Positions 11,812 to 27,400 of a DNA stretch of 64,000 nucleotides are shown piece after piece. Origin of the DNA: Macrostomum lignano (taxonomy: Eukaryota); the NCBI GenBank assembly GCA_002269645.1, contig NIVC01001517.1, positions 62,001 through 126,000 on the forward strand, given 5' to 3'. The position numbers and the translations under genes are program-made. Position 1 is the first letter of the stretch. Every line of letters begins with the position of its first letter. The notes below the pieces were generated by a model that saw only the letters and a program-made list of their open reading frames with translations, ran no database searches and was not told the DNA's origin.

Positions 11812-13161
11812 TCAGTTAAAAATGATCAGGCACTCGAAGGTCTTCATCGAATAGGAGGTTGTGAGCAGGACGCCAGTGTCGTACAGCAGGTAGTAGAGTC
11901 CGCCTCCAGTGGTGTGGTGCGGGGCGGTCTTGTAGACAGCGTTCGGGTTCATGAGGGCGCAGTGGGCGAACCACCAGCCGGAGTTGCTGGCGCAGTTGCC
12001 AGCGCTGTAGGCGTCATTGTCCGAGTCCGGCGTGCTGAACTGCTGGCCGCTCGGCAGCCAGTCCACGTTGTCCCGCTGTCCGATGCTCGACCTGTTTGAG
12101 TCCGGCGGTCCCATCGAGCACCTGTACTTGTCAGACGCTGGGCCAACAGAGAACGGAGCATTCTCAACCCAGTACCAGGTGCCGTTCCAGTCGCTGAACT
12201 CCCAGCGGACTCTCCACACTCCAGTGGCGGTGAGCTGGTGCAGCTGCTCCAGCCCCATCCAGTAGTTGAGACTCTCGCCCTGGCCGAATCCGTTGACGTA
12301 CTCCGACCAGCCGCGGTTGAAGCTGACGGAGCCGTCAACTCGGTGCTGGAACGTTGTCCAGCACTTCACCGGCTCTCGAATCTGTGGAACGGCCAATGCG
12401 GTGGAGAACCAGAGTCGGGCATTTCAATTTGAGTCTTTCAATCGCAGGGTCTTCTGTATTTTTTCTATACATATCGCCTTTGGCAGTTTTGTATTTTTCG
12501 ATACATATCGGCTTTTTTTGCAATTTTATTAGTTTTCGATACATATATCGGCTTTATTTCTCTAGTTTCATATTTTTCGATACATATCGGCTTTACTTTT
12601 CTAGTTTCATATTTTTCGATACATATCGGCTTTGTTTCTCTAGTTTCATATTTTTCGATACATATCGGCTTTACTTCTCTAGTTTCATATTTTTCGATAC
12701 ATATCGGCTTTACTTCTCTAGTTTCATATTTTTCGATACATATCGGCTTTACTTCTCTAGTTTCATATTTTCGATACATATCGGCTTTACAAATCAGCTG
12801 CGGGTCGACAGTCGGCCTGCCTTGCGCCAAGAATTCAATAGTTAGGGTTGCTACTGAAAGCAGCAAGCACCAGCGTACTCACCCACAGCTGAGGCAGGCT
12901 GGAGTTGCCCAGATGCCGGCACTTCCTGCAGCCATCGGCCGGGCCCCTATCGCAGGCCAACAGCGAGCAGGAGCCCGAGGCTGCGTCAAAGCGAACAGCA
13001 TCCGCATTCTCAGCAGCCGTCATGCAGTGAACGTCGCTGACTGCCAGCTTCACTGACAGCACTCGGTACTCGGCGAGGTCGCCACGCTGAAGCTTCCAGC
13101 TTGAGTCTGCAGCCACCGCAGCAGCAGTCAGCAGGGAGCCAATTATGAAGAAAGCCAGCAT
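11812..13161 (-). CDS. Secreted fibrinogen-related protein (signal peptide + PAN/apple-like module + FReD), exons 13161-12883 and 12381-11812, ~282 aa
   Basis: GTGAGT donor at 12882 and CAG acceptor at 12382-12384, both phase 0. FReD motifs WTTFQHRVDGSVSFNRGWSEYVNGFG, YWMGLEQLHQLT, FST.DSDND..NCA..GWWF..C. Confidence 0.9.
12470..12790. repeat. 39-bp intronic minisatellite
   Basis: Unit ATTTTTCGATACATATCGGCTTTACTTCTCTAGTTTCAT inside the FReD-gene intron. Confidence 0.93.
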
Positions 13162-13830
13162 TCTTTATTTGCAAATCATTTCTAGGAGCGAGGAAAAGCT
13201 CACTAAAGAATTCTTTACAGAATGCTTATAAATCGTGCTATTGTAAATTAATAACACTAATAGCGGGTGCTGATTGGCCCAGAGGGAGTGTATTGAACAC
13301 ACCAGCGCCTATGGGAAGAATCCACCTTCTGGCTGAATTGTTAAGTATCCCCATCCATGACAGTCCGGAGGGCTGGCGGCTTCATTATGCTTTGAGCAGG
13401 TGGGCTACAAAATGCTGGCCAAAAATTATTTTCTTGAATTTGCATTGCTCCGTAATTCCCGTGCAGGAAAAATTGTCATGAGAGGGGGGGGGGGGTTCCC
13501 TCTCCTTGGGTAGTTTGACAGGCGGCAAAATGGCTTGACATTTCTGCATGCCGCCTTATTGAGCCAACAAGGATGCAGCTCTAATTGGATTCTGTGGACC
13601 CAGCAGCAGAGGCTCTCCATCGTGGGAACATGTCTCCCTCTAAGCCAGACAATTTAGCGCATGAATTATACACGACCAGGGAACCGCGCCTTAGCAACCG
13701 GAGGCCCACAAATTTACGCTGAAAACACGCAACACTCAAGAAAGCAGGCCAGACAATAGCCACTTACAAAACAGCCCATTGTCAAATCCTATAATTGCAT
13801 TTCTCTCTAGTGCAGTACGGGTTGCCACGC

Positions 13831-13831
<1 letters not shown>

Positions 13832-13863
<32 letters not shown>

Positions 13864-13870
13864 CACAGGC

Positions 13871-13939
<69 letters not shown>

Positions 13940-13946
13940 CACAGGC

Positions 13947-14031
<85 letters not shown>

Positions 14032-14060
14032 GGCAGACAGACAGACAGACAGACAGACAG
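13832..14060. repeat. (ACAG)n microsatellite
   Basis: Direct reading. Confidence 0.98.
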
Positions 14061-14209
14061 ATTCGCATATAAAAAAACAAAAGCATGAAAAGCACAGCTC
14101 CAATTAGAACAGGAAATGCCAGCGGTACAAATGCCAGCAGCAGATGTATATTTAGAAATGCACAAGCCTTATGAGAGAAACACTACATGTACGAGTTATG
14201 TTGCAGCAA

Positions 14210-16471
14210 TCAGTCATCAGCCAAGTCGGCCTGGCCGAAGTGACGGGCCACCAGGCAGATGATGAGGCTCAGCGGCACGGCTGCCGGGTGACGCAGGCCG
14301 CTTGGCAGCCGCAGGCGCTCCCGACGGCAGGCGCGGGCGAGCCGCCTGAGCCGGTCGGCCTCCTCGGAGGTGAGGGGGCAGCGCAGGGCCGCCAGCAGGG
14401 CGAACAGCCACTGGCCCAGCCTGTCGGTGAAGGGCAGCGGCTCCGGGCCCGTCAGCCAGTCCGCGTGGTGGCCCAGCAGAGCCAGCAGCGAGGCGCGGGG
14501 AAGCCGGCAGACCAGGCTGATCTGCGGGTTGGCAGAGGCATTCACAAATGGAACCTCAGTATTCACAAATGGCACTCTGATATTCACAAATGGCACTCCA
14601 ATATTCACAAATGGCACTCTGATATTCACAAATGGCACTCCAATATTCACAAATGGCACTCCAATATTCACAAATGGCATTGCAATGTTCACAAATGGCA
14701 CTTAAATATTCAATAATGGCATTTCAATATTCACAAATGGCACTCCAATATTCACAAATGGCATTGCAATGTTCACAAATGGCACTTAAATATTCAATAA
14801 TGGCATTTCAATATTCACAAATGGCACTTAAATATTCACTAATGGCATTTCAATATTCACAAATGGCACTTAAATATTCACTAATGGCATTTCAATATTC
14901 ACAAATGGCACTTAAATATTCACTAATGGCATTTCAATATTCACAAATGGCACTTCACTAATCAGAAATGGCCCTATAGTACTCAGAACGGCAGTAACAT
15001 TTCCCAACTCTCACCAGAGGCGGGTGGCCCTCCTCGCTCTGGGCCTCAGCACCACCACTTTCCTCATCTTCCCCATTCGCAGCCTCCTTTCTCCCAGACT
15101 CCAGCTCCTCTCCATCGTCATCTCCAGAATCCTCGTCTTCTCCGCTGCTGCCGTCCTCGTCATCTCCGCGCCAGTCTCCCGCCGCGGTGCCGCCGGTGCC
15201 GTAGCAGAAGGCGCGCCAGGCCCGGCCGTCGGAGGCCTTCGGCAGTCGCGGCGCTTCGGCGGCGGCCGAGCGGCTCGAGGCCAGCCGCAAGGACTCGGCC
15301 AGGCGGTCTCGAAGCTCGGCGAAGGCCGCCACCTGAGAGGCGAGTTCGGTTTAAATGCTCCAGTTGCTGGATTTTTCTTGACACATTACTGACAGTAGAA
15401 ATAGCAGAATATTACATGTATAAAATTAATAATAACAAATGTTTATTAACTACGCTACTTATAGTAGAATTTAGTAGAAATGCATGAATATTAAGGTAAA
15501 TAATAGGAGTAATTTATTTACTAACTTTTTGATAGTAAATGATGAACGGTTTATAGTATCTGAGAACTTAAGACTGTTGGTATTTGTTCTGTTGCAAAGA
15601 CCCCGGGTGCCTTGGAGGTTGGCCCTCAGGGTAGCGCCAATCAAGACTAGCAGGCCAATTTTCATGAGCGAGTTTTAAATTGATGGACTAGCACACGGAT
15701 TCGAACTCATGACTTTTGACATGACTGTGTTTCTGTTGTTGTAAAAGCTTTGAAACACCGCCTTCAGGGACAAGACCTTCAGGAAAAAGAACTTCAGAAC
15801 AAAAGACCTTCAGAACAAAAGACCTTCAGGATAAAAGACCTTCAGAACAAAAGACCTTCAGGACAAAAGACCTTCAGGACACAGCCTTCAGAATGCAACG
15901 TTTGGGACAGGCAGGACCTTCAGGACGCAAAGCGGCATCTGAAGCTGTTTTCTCTCTCAAAGCCGTGTATTCAATTCAAACAGTCTATGCGGCTCAAACA
16001 TCTGATTAAATGAGTCCCAGCCAGCCAATCAGAGGCAGTTTTCACCTGCTCAGCCTGCCAGTCAGTTCCGGGCGCCCAGTCCGGGGTGGCGGCGATCCCC
16101 CGGTCAGGCGAGGTGACGGCAGAAGAGGAGGCGAGCAGGGCGGACACCTGCATGCCGCGGCACTTGGCATCGGGCCAGACCGGCTGCCGGCCGCCGCCTC
16201 GCGACTGCTGCGGGCCAGACGGCCGGCCCGGCGCCAGTGGCACCGGCTGCTTTGCGACCACCACCTTCGGGCAGCGACGCGCCTCGGCCTGCACGCTGCG
16301 CAGGTACTCCAGCGCCGAAACGTCAACTTCGGGACCGTCGCCGAAGCCGAGCACGGGACGCTGGACGTCATCGAAATCGCCTTCGTCGTCTTCATCCTCT
16401 TCTTCATCATCGCGCAGGTCAGCCTCCGCTGCACTCGATTCCGACTGCATTCTGGCGAGTTGCAATCGCAT
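14210..16471 (-). CDS. GEMIN2: Gem-associated protein 2 (SMN-interacting protein 1), exons 16471-16046, 15332-15015, 14521-14210
   Basis: Motifs EYLRSVQAEARRCPKVVVA, WQAEQVAAF, WRAFC, PPLISLV, LGQWLFALLA, LRRLARAC, LIICLVARHFGQADLAD match the Gemin2/SIP1 family. All introns GT-AG, phase 0. Start could be 16450. Confidence 0.93.
14541..14955. repeat. 21-bp minisatellite in Gemin2 intron 2
   Basis: Unit TTCACAAATGGCACTCCAATA and variants. Confidence 0.93.
15770..15930. repeat. ~16-bp short tandem repeat in Gemin2 intron 1
   Basis: AAGACCTTCAG[A/G]ACAA units. Confidence 0.8.
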
Positions 16472-16634
16472 GCAAGTTCATCAGTGTCTGTATAATACTA
16501 CTTGTTTTTAATAGAACAGTAGCGCAAAAGGCTTTTTTAATGCTAAATTTGATAAATCTATAGAAAATACTGCCCGCATTTAGCCTTGGACCGCTGGAAC
16601 CAACCTGGACGGAACTATGAAAATTTAGGAAGCT

Positions 16635-19577
16635 GCAGGGGTCCATGACAGCAGAAATCCCCAGTCCTATTACAGCTCCAGGGGTCCATGACAGCAGAAA
16701 TCCCCAGTCCTATTACAGCTCCAGGGGTCCATGACAGCAGAAAACCCCAGTCCTATTACAGCTCCAGGGGTCCATCACAGCAGCAAACCCCAGTTCTATT
16801 ACAGCTCCAGGGATCCATGAAACCAGAAAACCCCAGTTCTATTACAGCTCCAGGGGTCCATGACAGCAGAAAACCCCAGTTCTATTACAGCTCGAGGGGT
16901 CCATGACAGCAGAAAACCCCAGTTCTATTACAGCTCCAGGGGTCCATGACAGCAGAAAACCCCAGTTCTATTACAGCTCCAGGGGTCCATGACAGCAGAA
17001 AACCCCAGTCTATGAAACCAGAAAACCCCAGTCCTATTACAGCTCCAGGGGTCCATGAAACCAGAAAACCCCAGTCCTATTACAGCTCCAGGGGTCCATG
17101 ACAGCAGAAAACCCCAGTTCTATTACAGCTCCAGGGATCCATGACAGCAGAAAACCCGTTATATTACAGCTCCAGGGGTCTATGAAACCAGAAAACCCCA
17201 GTCCTATTACAGCTCCAGGGGTCCATGACAGCAGAAAACCCCAGTTCTATTACAGCTCCAGGGGTCTATGAAACCAGAAAACCCCGGTTCTATTACAGCT
17301 CCAGGGGTCTATGAAACCAGAAAACCCCGGTTCTATTACAGCTCCAGGGGTCTATGAAACCAGAAAACCCCGGTTCTATTACAGCTCCAGGGGTCCATGA
17401 CAGCAGAAAACCCGTTATATTACAGCTCCAGGGGTCCATGAAACCAGAAAACCCCAGTTCTATTACAGCTCCAGGGATCCATGAAACCAGAAAACCCCAG
17501 TTCTATTACAGCTCCAGGGGTCCATGACAGCAGAAAACCCCAGTTCTATTACAGCTCCAGGGGTCCATGACAGCAGAAAACCCGTTATATTACAGTTCCA
17601 GGGGTCCATGAAACCAGAAAACCCCAGTTCTATTGCAGCTCCAGGGGTCCATGACAGCAGAAAACCCCAGTTCTATTACAGCTCCAGGGGTCCATGACAG
17701 CAGAAAACCCGTTATATTACAGCTCCAGGGGTCCATGAAACCAGAAAACCCCAGTCCTATTACAGCTCCAGGGGTCCATGACAGCAGAAAACCCCAGTTC
17801 TATTACAGCTCCAGGGGTCCATGACAGCAGAAAACCCCAGTTCTATTACAGCTCCAGGGGTCCATGAAACCAGAAAACCCCAGTCCTATTACAGCTCCAG
17901 GGGTCTATGAAACCAGAAAACCCCAGTCCTATTACAGCTCCAGGGGTCCATGACAGCAGAAAACCCCAGTTCTATTACAGCTCCAGGGGTCCATGACAGC
18001 AGAAAACCCGTTATATTACAGCTCCAGGGGTCTATGAAACCAAAAAAAACCCCAGTCCTATTACAGCTCCAGGGGTCCATGACAGCAGAAAACCCCAGTT
18101 CTATTACAGCTCCAGGGGTCCATGACAGCAGAAAACCCGTTATATTACAGCTCCAGGGGTCTATGAAACCAAAAAAAACCCCAGTCCTATTACAGCTCCA
18201 GGGGTCCATGACAGCAGAAAACCCCAGTTCTATTACAGCTCCAGGGGTCCATGACAGCAGAAAACCCGTTATATTACAGCTCCAGGGGTCCATGAAACCA
18301 GAAAACCCCAGTCCTATTACAGCTCCAGGGGTCCATGACAGCAGAAAACCCCAGTTCTATTACAGCTCCAGGGGTCTATGAAACCAGAAAACCCCGGTTC
18401 TATTACAGCTCCAGGGGTCTATGAAACCAGAAAACCCCGGTTCTATTACAGCTCCAGGGGTCTATGAAACCAGAAAACCCCGGTTCTATTACAGCTCCAG
18501 GGGTCCATGACAGCAGAAAACCCGTTATATTACAGCTCCAGGGGTCCATGAAACCAGAAAACCCCAGTTCTATTACAGCTCCAGGGATCCATGAAACCAG
18601 AAAACCCCAGTTCTATTACAGCTCCAGGGGTCCATGACAGCAGAAAACCCCAGTTCTATTACAGCTCCAGGGGTCCATGACAGCAGAAAACCCCAGTTCT
18701 ATTACAGTTCCAGGGGTCCATGAAACCAGAAAACCCCAGTTCTATTGCAGCTCCAGGGGTCCATGACAGCAGAAAACCCCAGTTCTATTACAGCTCCAGG
18801 GGTCCATGACAGCAGAAAACCCGTTATATTACAGCTCCAGGGGTCCATGAAACCAGAAAACCCCAGTCCTATTACAGCTCCAGGGGTCCATGACAGCAGA
18901 AAACCCCAGTTCTATTACAGCTCCAGGGGTCCATGACAGCAGAAAACCCGTTATATTACAGCTCCAGGGGTCCATGAAACCAGAAAACCCCAGTTCTATT
19001 ACAGCTCCAGGGATCCATGAAACCAGAAAACCCCAGTTCTATTACAGCTCCAGGGGTCCATGACAGCAGAAAACCCCAGTTCTATTACAGCTCCAGGGGT
19101 CCATGACAGCAGAAAACCCGTTATATTACAGTTCCAGGGGTCCATGAAACCAGAAAACCCCAGTTCTATTGCAGCTCCAGGGGTCCATGACAGCAGAAAA
19201 CCCCAGTTCTATTACAGCTCCAGGGGTCCATGACAGCAGAAAACCCGTTATATTACAGCTCCAGGGGTCCATGAAACCAGAAAACCCCAGTCCTATTACA
19301 GCTCCAGGGGTCCATGACAGCAGAAAACCCCAGTTCTATTACAGCTCCAGGGGTCCATGACAGCAGAAAACCCCAGTTCTATTACAGCTCCAGGGGTCCA
19401 TGACAGCAGAAAACCCGTTATATTACAGCTCCAGGGGTCCATGAAACCAGAAAACCCGTTATATTACAGCTCCAGGGGTCCATGAAACCAGAAAACCCCA
19501 GTCCTATTACAGCTCCAGGGGTCCATGACAGCAGAAAACCCCAGTTCTATTACAGCCGCAAGGGTCCATGACAGCAA
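16635..19577. repeat. ~43-bp minisatellite array (~2.9 kb) with higher-order duplications
   Basis: Unit ACAGCTCCAGGGGTCCATGA[CAG/AAC]CAGAAAACCCCAGTTCTATT. Identical variant blocks start at 17633, 18745 and 19169. Confidence 0.97.
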
Positions 19578-20304
19578 ATGACAAGATGAAATAGAAAAAT
19601 ATCCGCAGTCCCTGCTATTCATTAGAGGCGTTAGCGAGGCAGCGAGATTTGTTTCCAAAGTTTATTAATTAATAAATAACTAGTATTGTTATTCTGAATA
19701 GAAATAAAAGTTGCCAAGCGGAGCGGGTGTACACATGGGCATAAATATGAAGTAGCTGATTAATAAGCATATGATAGCTAATATTACTAATAAAAACAAA
19801 AACAACTGATTAGCAGCAATGGTTGGTCATACCTGATGTGAAGCCGTACAGCAAATATAAAATTGGTAAATGTATCAGAAAGGGCATAAGAGAAAAGCTT
19901 AGAGGCAAATCATACCTGACCAAAGCACAGGGCATTACCGCCCCAGTTACAGAAGCAAGACCGAACAGGTAAAAGCTGCGGTTTGAATTTAATTAGCATT
20001 TAAAATACCTGGGTTCACCTGATTTTTTTAAAAATAAATCAAAGCAAGAAAGAGAGAAAAAATTAAAGGTACAGCTATTACATAATACGCATCAGCGATA
20101 TACTCAATTCCTGCATTATTGATTACTGAGCAAGCCTCGTGGCGTTGGTAAGTTGACGCGCGAATAATTAAGCGAAATGAAAACTGACAAAATTTCCAAG
20201 CCTACTGAGGTATTTTAATTACTGATGTACGCATTTCATTATTTGCATAAGCAAAATCCTGCCATTAGCGAAGGAAATGAGAAGTGTCAGAGCACTGACT
20301 TCAT

Positions 20305-21190
20305 TGCGTGTACATTGGGTGGGGGGGGGTAGAGTTTAGCTGGACTGAGTGTACATTGGGGGTAGAGCTCCACTGGATTGAGTGTACATTGGGAGGGTAG
20401 AGCTCAGCTGGACTGAGTGTAGATTGGTGGGGGAAAAGTTTAGCTGGACTGAGTGTACATTGGGGGGTAGAGTTTAGCTGGACTGAGTGTACATTGGGGG
20501 TAGAGTTTAGCTGGACTGAGTGTACATTGGGGGGTAGAGTTTAGCTGGACTGAGTGTACATTGGGAGGGTAGAGTTTAGCTGGACTGAGTGTACATTGGG
20601 GGGTAGAGTTTAGCTGGACTGAGTGTACATTGGGGGGTAGAGTTTAGCTGGACTGAGTGTACATTGGGAGGGTAGAGTTTAGCTGGACTGAGTGTACATT
20701 GGGGGTAGAGTTTAGCTGGACTGAGTGTACATTGGGGGTAGAGTTTAGCTGGACTGAGTGTACATTGGGGGTAGAGTTTAGCTGGACTGAGTGTACATTG
20801 GGGGTAGAGTTTAGCTGGACTGAGTGTACATTGGGGGTAGAGTTTAGCTGGACTGAGTGTACATTGGGGGTAGAGTTTAGCTGGACTGAGTGTACATTGG
20901 GGGTAGAGTTTAGCTGAACTGAGTGTACATTAGGGGTAGAGTTTAATTAGTTGGACTGAGTGTACATTACGGCGTTAGATTTCAGCTGGACTGATTGTAC
21001 ACTTGGGGATAGAGTTCAGCTGGACTGGGTGTACATTTAAAGGGGAGATGGGTATGGGTGTACATTGGGGGTAGAGTTAGCTGGACTGGGTGTACATTTA
21101 AAGGGGAGATGGGTATGGGTGTACATTGGGGGTAGAGTTAGCTGGACTGGGTGTACATTTAAAGGGTAGAGGGGTAGAGTTCAGCTGGGT
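20305..21190. repeat. 33-bp G-rich minisatellite
   Basis: Unit GAGTGTACATTGGGGGTAGAGTTTAGCTGGACT. Confidence 0.95.
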
Positions 21191-22039
21191 AGGTACACAC
21201 GTGCACATTTTAGATGCCCATCGGGAAGCAATGAGGAAAGAGAGGAATCGCATTGGAACAGAAAATTCCCAGTTAGTGGAGTTTCTGCATCCTTGACAAG
21301 ACAGTTATTATTATTATTATAAAACTATAATTGAAGCGCAGCAAACACGCAGAATAAAAGTGGAAACACGAGTTCGCTGATATCTTCAGTGGATTTGCAT
21401 TGAACGCAGACTTCTGCAGTAAAGCCTGATTTCCAGGAATACAGTACAACTTCTGCATACGGCGGCTGCTTAAACTGGTGGGCAAACTTGTACAGCAATA
21501 TACTACTCAAAGTAGGAGTAGGACGCTAACGCTAGACTACTATTATTGAAATGAGACAGAAAAAGTGAGGTATTATTAATATTATTATTAGCACTCAACA
21601 GTGCTGCAGCCGCCCGTGGTTAAAGTTTGATGGCGCATGAATAATCCTCGGGGGAGACAGAATGGGGAATTCGTATTTACAGAAATATCCATTTACACAG
21701 ATAAATATTTTTATTCGGGCCGGATGAGGTCTATGCACACAATGGGATCGCGAGTGCGACTTGATGGCGCTATGAATTATGAATAGAGGGAAATGAGTTT
21801 CAGAGAATCCGGTAAAGTCCCGGTGCGTGCGGCTTCCTGCCGAGGATCGCGGAGAGGCTCTACTGCTATCGCTACTGCTGGCCGCGCTCTCAGGCGCTGC
21901 CTGCGGCCGCTGCTGCCACCTGGAACCGGAGAGAAAGGGCTTCGAATGACCGGCAATGAGCCTGCCTTCCCACCCTGTCTGCTCATCCCCCACACTGACT
22001 GCTCATCTCCAACCCTGTCTGCTCATCCCCCATCCTGTC

Positions 22040-22245
22040 ACCCTGTCTGCTCATCACCCACCCTGACTATTCATCCCCCACCCTGACTACTCATTCCCTA
22101 CCCTGACTGCTCATCCCCCACCCTGACTACTCATCCCCCACCCTGACTGCTCATCCCCCACCCTGACTGCTCATCCCCCATCCTGACTGCTCATCCCCCA
22201 TCCTGACTGCTCATCCCCCACCCGGACTGCTCATCCCTCACCCTG
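22040..22245. repeat. 20-bp minisatellite 3' of Smad
   Basis: Unit CTGACTGCTCATCCCCCACC. Confidence 0.9.
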
Positions 22246-22339
22246 AGGCTCGAAATAGCTCCACTTTAGACACCCGTACCCCGCCCCAACCGGCCAATCA
22301 GCACGCGAGCACAGTGAGCTCACCACGACAGTCCGGTGC

Positions 22340-24368
<2,029 letters not shown>

Positions 24369-24408
24369 GTAGGTAAATATCATCAAAATCTATCATCAAG
24401 TTATCCTC

Positions 24409-27400
24409 CAGTGAGCTGCTGCTGTCCTTGCCCTCTGATTCTTCAGTGAGCTGCTGCTGTCTCTGCCCTCTGATCCTTCAGTGAGCTGCTGCTGTCCTTG
24501 CCCTCTGATTCTTCAGTCAGCTGCTGCTGTCCCTGCCCTCTGATTCTTCAGTGAGCTGCTGCTGTCCCTGCCCTCTGATCCTTCAGTGAGCTGCTGCTGT
24601 CCCTGCCCTCTGATTCTTCAGTCAGCTGCTGCTGTCCCTGCCCTCTGATTTTTCAGTGAGCTGCTGCTGTCCCTGCCCTCTGATTCTTCAGTGAGCTGCT
24701 GCTGTCCCTGCCCTCTGATCCTTCAGTGAGCTGCTGCTGTCCCTGCCCTCTGATCCTTCAGTGAGCTGCTGCTGTCCTTGCCCTCTGATTTTTCAGTCAG
24801 CTGCTGCTGTCCCTGCCCTCTGATCCTTCAGTGAGCTGCTGCTGTCCCTGCCCTCTGATTTTTCAGTCAGCTGCTGCTGTCCCTGCCCTCTGATCCTTCA
24901 GTGAGCTGCTGCTGTCCCTGCCCTCTGATCTCTCAGTGAGCTGCTGTCCCTGCCCTCTGATCCTTCAGTGAGCTGCTGTCCCTGCCCTCTGATCCTTCAG
25001 TGAGCTGCTGTCCCTGCCCTCTGATCCTTCAGTGAGCTGCTGTCCCTGCCCTCTGATTTTTCAGTGAGCTGCTGTCCCTGCCCTCTGATCCTTCAGTGAG
25101 CTGCTGCTGTCCCTGCCCTCTGATCCTTCAGTGAGCTGCTGTCCCTGCCCTCTGATCCTTCAGTGAGTTGCTGTCCCTGCCCTCTGATCCTTCAGTGAGC
25201 TGCTGTCCCTGACCTCTGATCCTTCAGTCAGCTGCTGTCCCTGCCCTCTGATCCTTCAGTGAGCTGCTGTCCCTGCCCTCTGATCCTTCAGTCAGCTGCT
25301 GTCTCTGCCCTCTGATCCTTCATTGAGCTGCCGTCCCTGCCCTCTGATCCTTCAGTGAGCTGCCGTCCCTGCCCTCTGATCCTTCAGTGAGCTGCTGTCC
25401 CTGCCCTCTGATCCTTCAGTGAGCTGCTGTCCCTGCCCTCTGATCCTTCAGTGAGCTGCTGCTGTCCCTGCCCTCTGATCCTTCAGTGAGCTGCTGTCCC
25501 TGCCCTCTGATCCTTCAGTGAGCTGCTGCTGTCCCTGCCCTCTGATCCTTCAGTGAGCTGCTGCTGTCCCTGCCCTCTGATTCTTCAGTGAGCTGCTGCT
25601 GTCCCTGCCCTCTGATCCTTCAGTGAGCTGCTGCTGTCCCTGCCCTCTGATCTCTCAGTGAGCTGCTGTCCCTGCCCTCTGATCCTTCAGTGAGCTGCTG
25701 CTGTCCCTGCCCTCTGATCCTTCAGTGAGCTGCTGCTGTCCCTGCCCTCTGATTTTTCAGTCAGCTGCTGCTGTCCCTGCCCTCTGATCCTTCAGTGAGC
25801 TGCTGCTGTCCCTGCCCTCTGATCCTTCAGTGAGCTGCTGTCCCTGCCCTCTGATCCATCAGTGAGTTGCTGTCCCTGCCCTCTGATCCTTCAGTGAGCT
25901 GCTGTCCCTGACCTCTGATCCTTCAGTCAGCTGCTGTCCCTGCCCTCTGATCCTTCAGTGAGCTGCTGTCCCTGCCCTCTGATTTTTCAGTGAGCTGCTG
26001 TCCCTGCCCTCTGTTCCTTCATTCAGCTGCTGTCTCTGCCCTCTGATCCTTCATTGAGCTGCCGTCCCTGCCCTCTGATCCTTCAGTGAGCTGCCGTCCC
26101 TGCCCTCTGATCCTTCAGTGAGCTGCTGTCCCTGCCCTCTGATCCTTCAGTGAGCTGCTGTCCCTGCCCTCTGATCCTTCAGTGAGCTGCTGCTGTCCCT
26201 GCCCTCTGATCTTTCAGTGAGCTGCTGTCCCTGCCCTCTGATCCTTCAGTGAGCTGCTGCTGTCCCTGCCCTCTGATTTTTCAGTGAGCTGCTGTCCTTG
26301 CCCTCTGATCCTTCAGTGAGCTGCTGCTGTCCCTGCCCTCTGATCCTTCAGTGAGCTGCTGCTGTCCCTGCCCTCTGATCCTTCAGTGAGCTGCTGCTGT
26401 CCCTGCCCTCTGATCCTTCAGTGAGCTGCTGTCCCTGCCCTCTGATCCTTCAGTGAGCTGCTGTCCCTGCCCTCTGATCCTTCAGTGAGCTGCTGCTGTC
26501 CTTGCCCTCTGATTCTTCAGTCAGCTGCTGCTGTCCCTGCCCTCTGATCCTTCAGTGAGCTGCTGCTGTCCCTGCCCTCTGATCCTTCAGTGAGCTGCTG
26601 TCCCTGCCCTCTGATCCTTCAGTGAGCTGCTGTCCCTGCCCTCTGATCCTTCAGTGAGCTGCTGCTGTCCTTGCCCTCTGATTCTTCAGTCAGCTGCTGC
26701 TGTCCCTGCCCTCTGATCCTTCAGTGAGCTGCTGCTGTCCCTGCCCTCTGATCTCTCAGTGAGCTGCTGTCCCTGCCCTCTCATCCTTCAGTGAGCTGCT
26801 GTCCCTGCCCTCTGATCCTTCAGTGAGCTGCTGCTGTCCTTGCCCTCTGATTCTTCAGTCAGCTGCTGCTGTCCCTGCCCTCTGATCCTTCAGTGAGCTG
26901 CTGCTGTCCCTGCCCTCTGATCTCTCAGTGAGCTGCTGTCCCTGCCCTCTGATCCTTCAGTGAGCTGCTGTCCCTGCCCTCTGATCCTTCAGTGAGCTGC
27001 TGCTGTCCTTGCCCTCTGATTCTTCAGTCAGCTGCTGCTGTCCCTGCCCTCTGATTCTTCAGTGAGCTGCTGCTGTCCCTGCCCTCTGATCCTTCAGTGA
27101 GCTGCTGTCCCTGCCCTCTGATCCTTCAGTGAGCTGCTGTCCCTGCCCTCTGATCCTTCAGTGAGCTGCTGCTGTCCTTGCCCTCTGATTCTTCAGTCAG
27201 CTGCTGCTGTCCCTGCCCTCTGATCCTTCAGTGAGCTGCTGCTGTCCCTGCCCTCTGATCTCTCAGTGAGCTGCTGTCCCTGCCCTCTCATCCTTCAGTG
27301 AGCTGCTGTCCCTGCCCTCTGATCCTTCAGTGAGCTGCTGCTGTCCTTGCCCTCTGATTCTTCAGTCAGCTGCTGCTGTCCCTGCCCTCTGATCCTTCAG

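Noticed and set aside
15697-15708. Perfect B-box GAGTTCGAATCC on the minus strand (tRNA/SINE?)
   Set aside because: No A-box, cloverleaf or TSD nearby.
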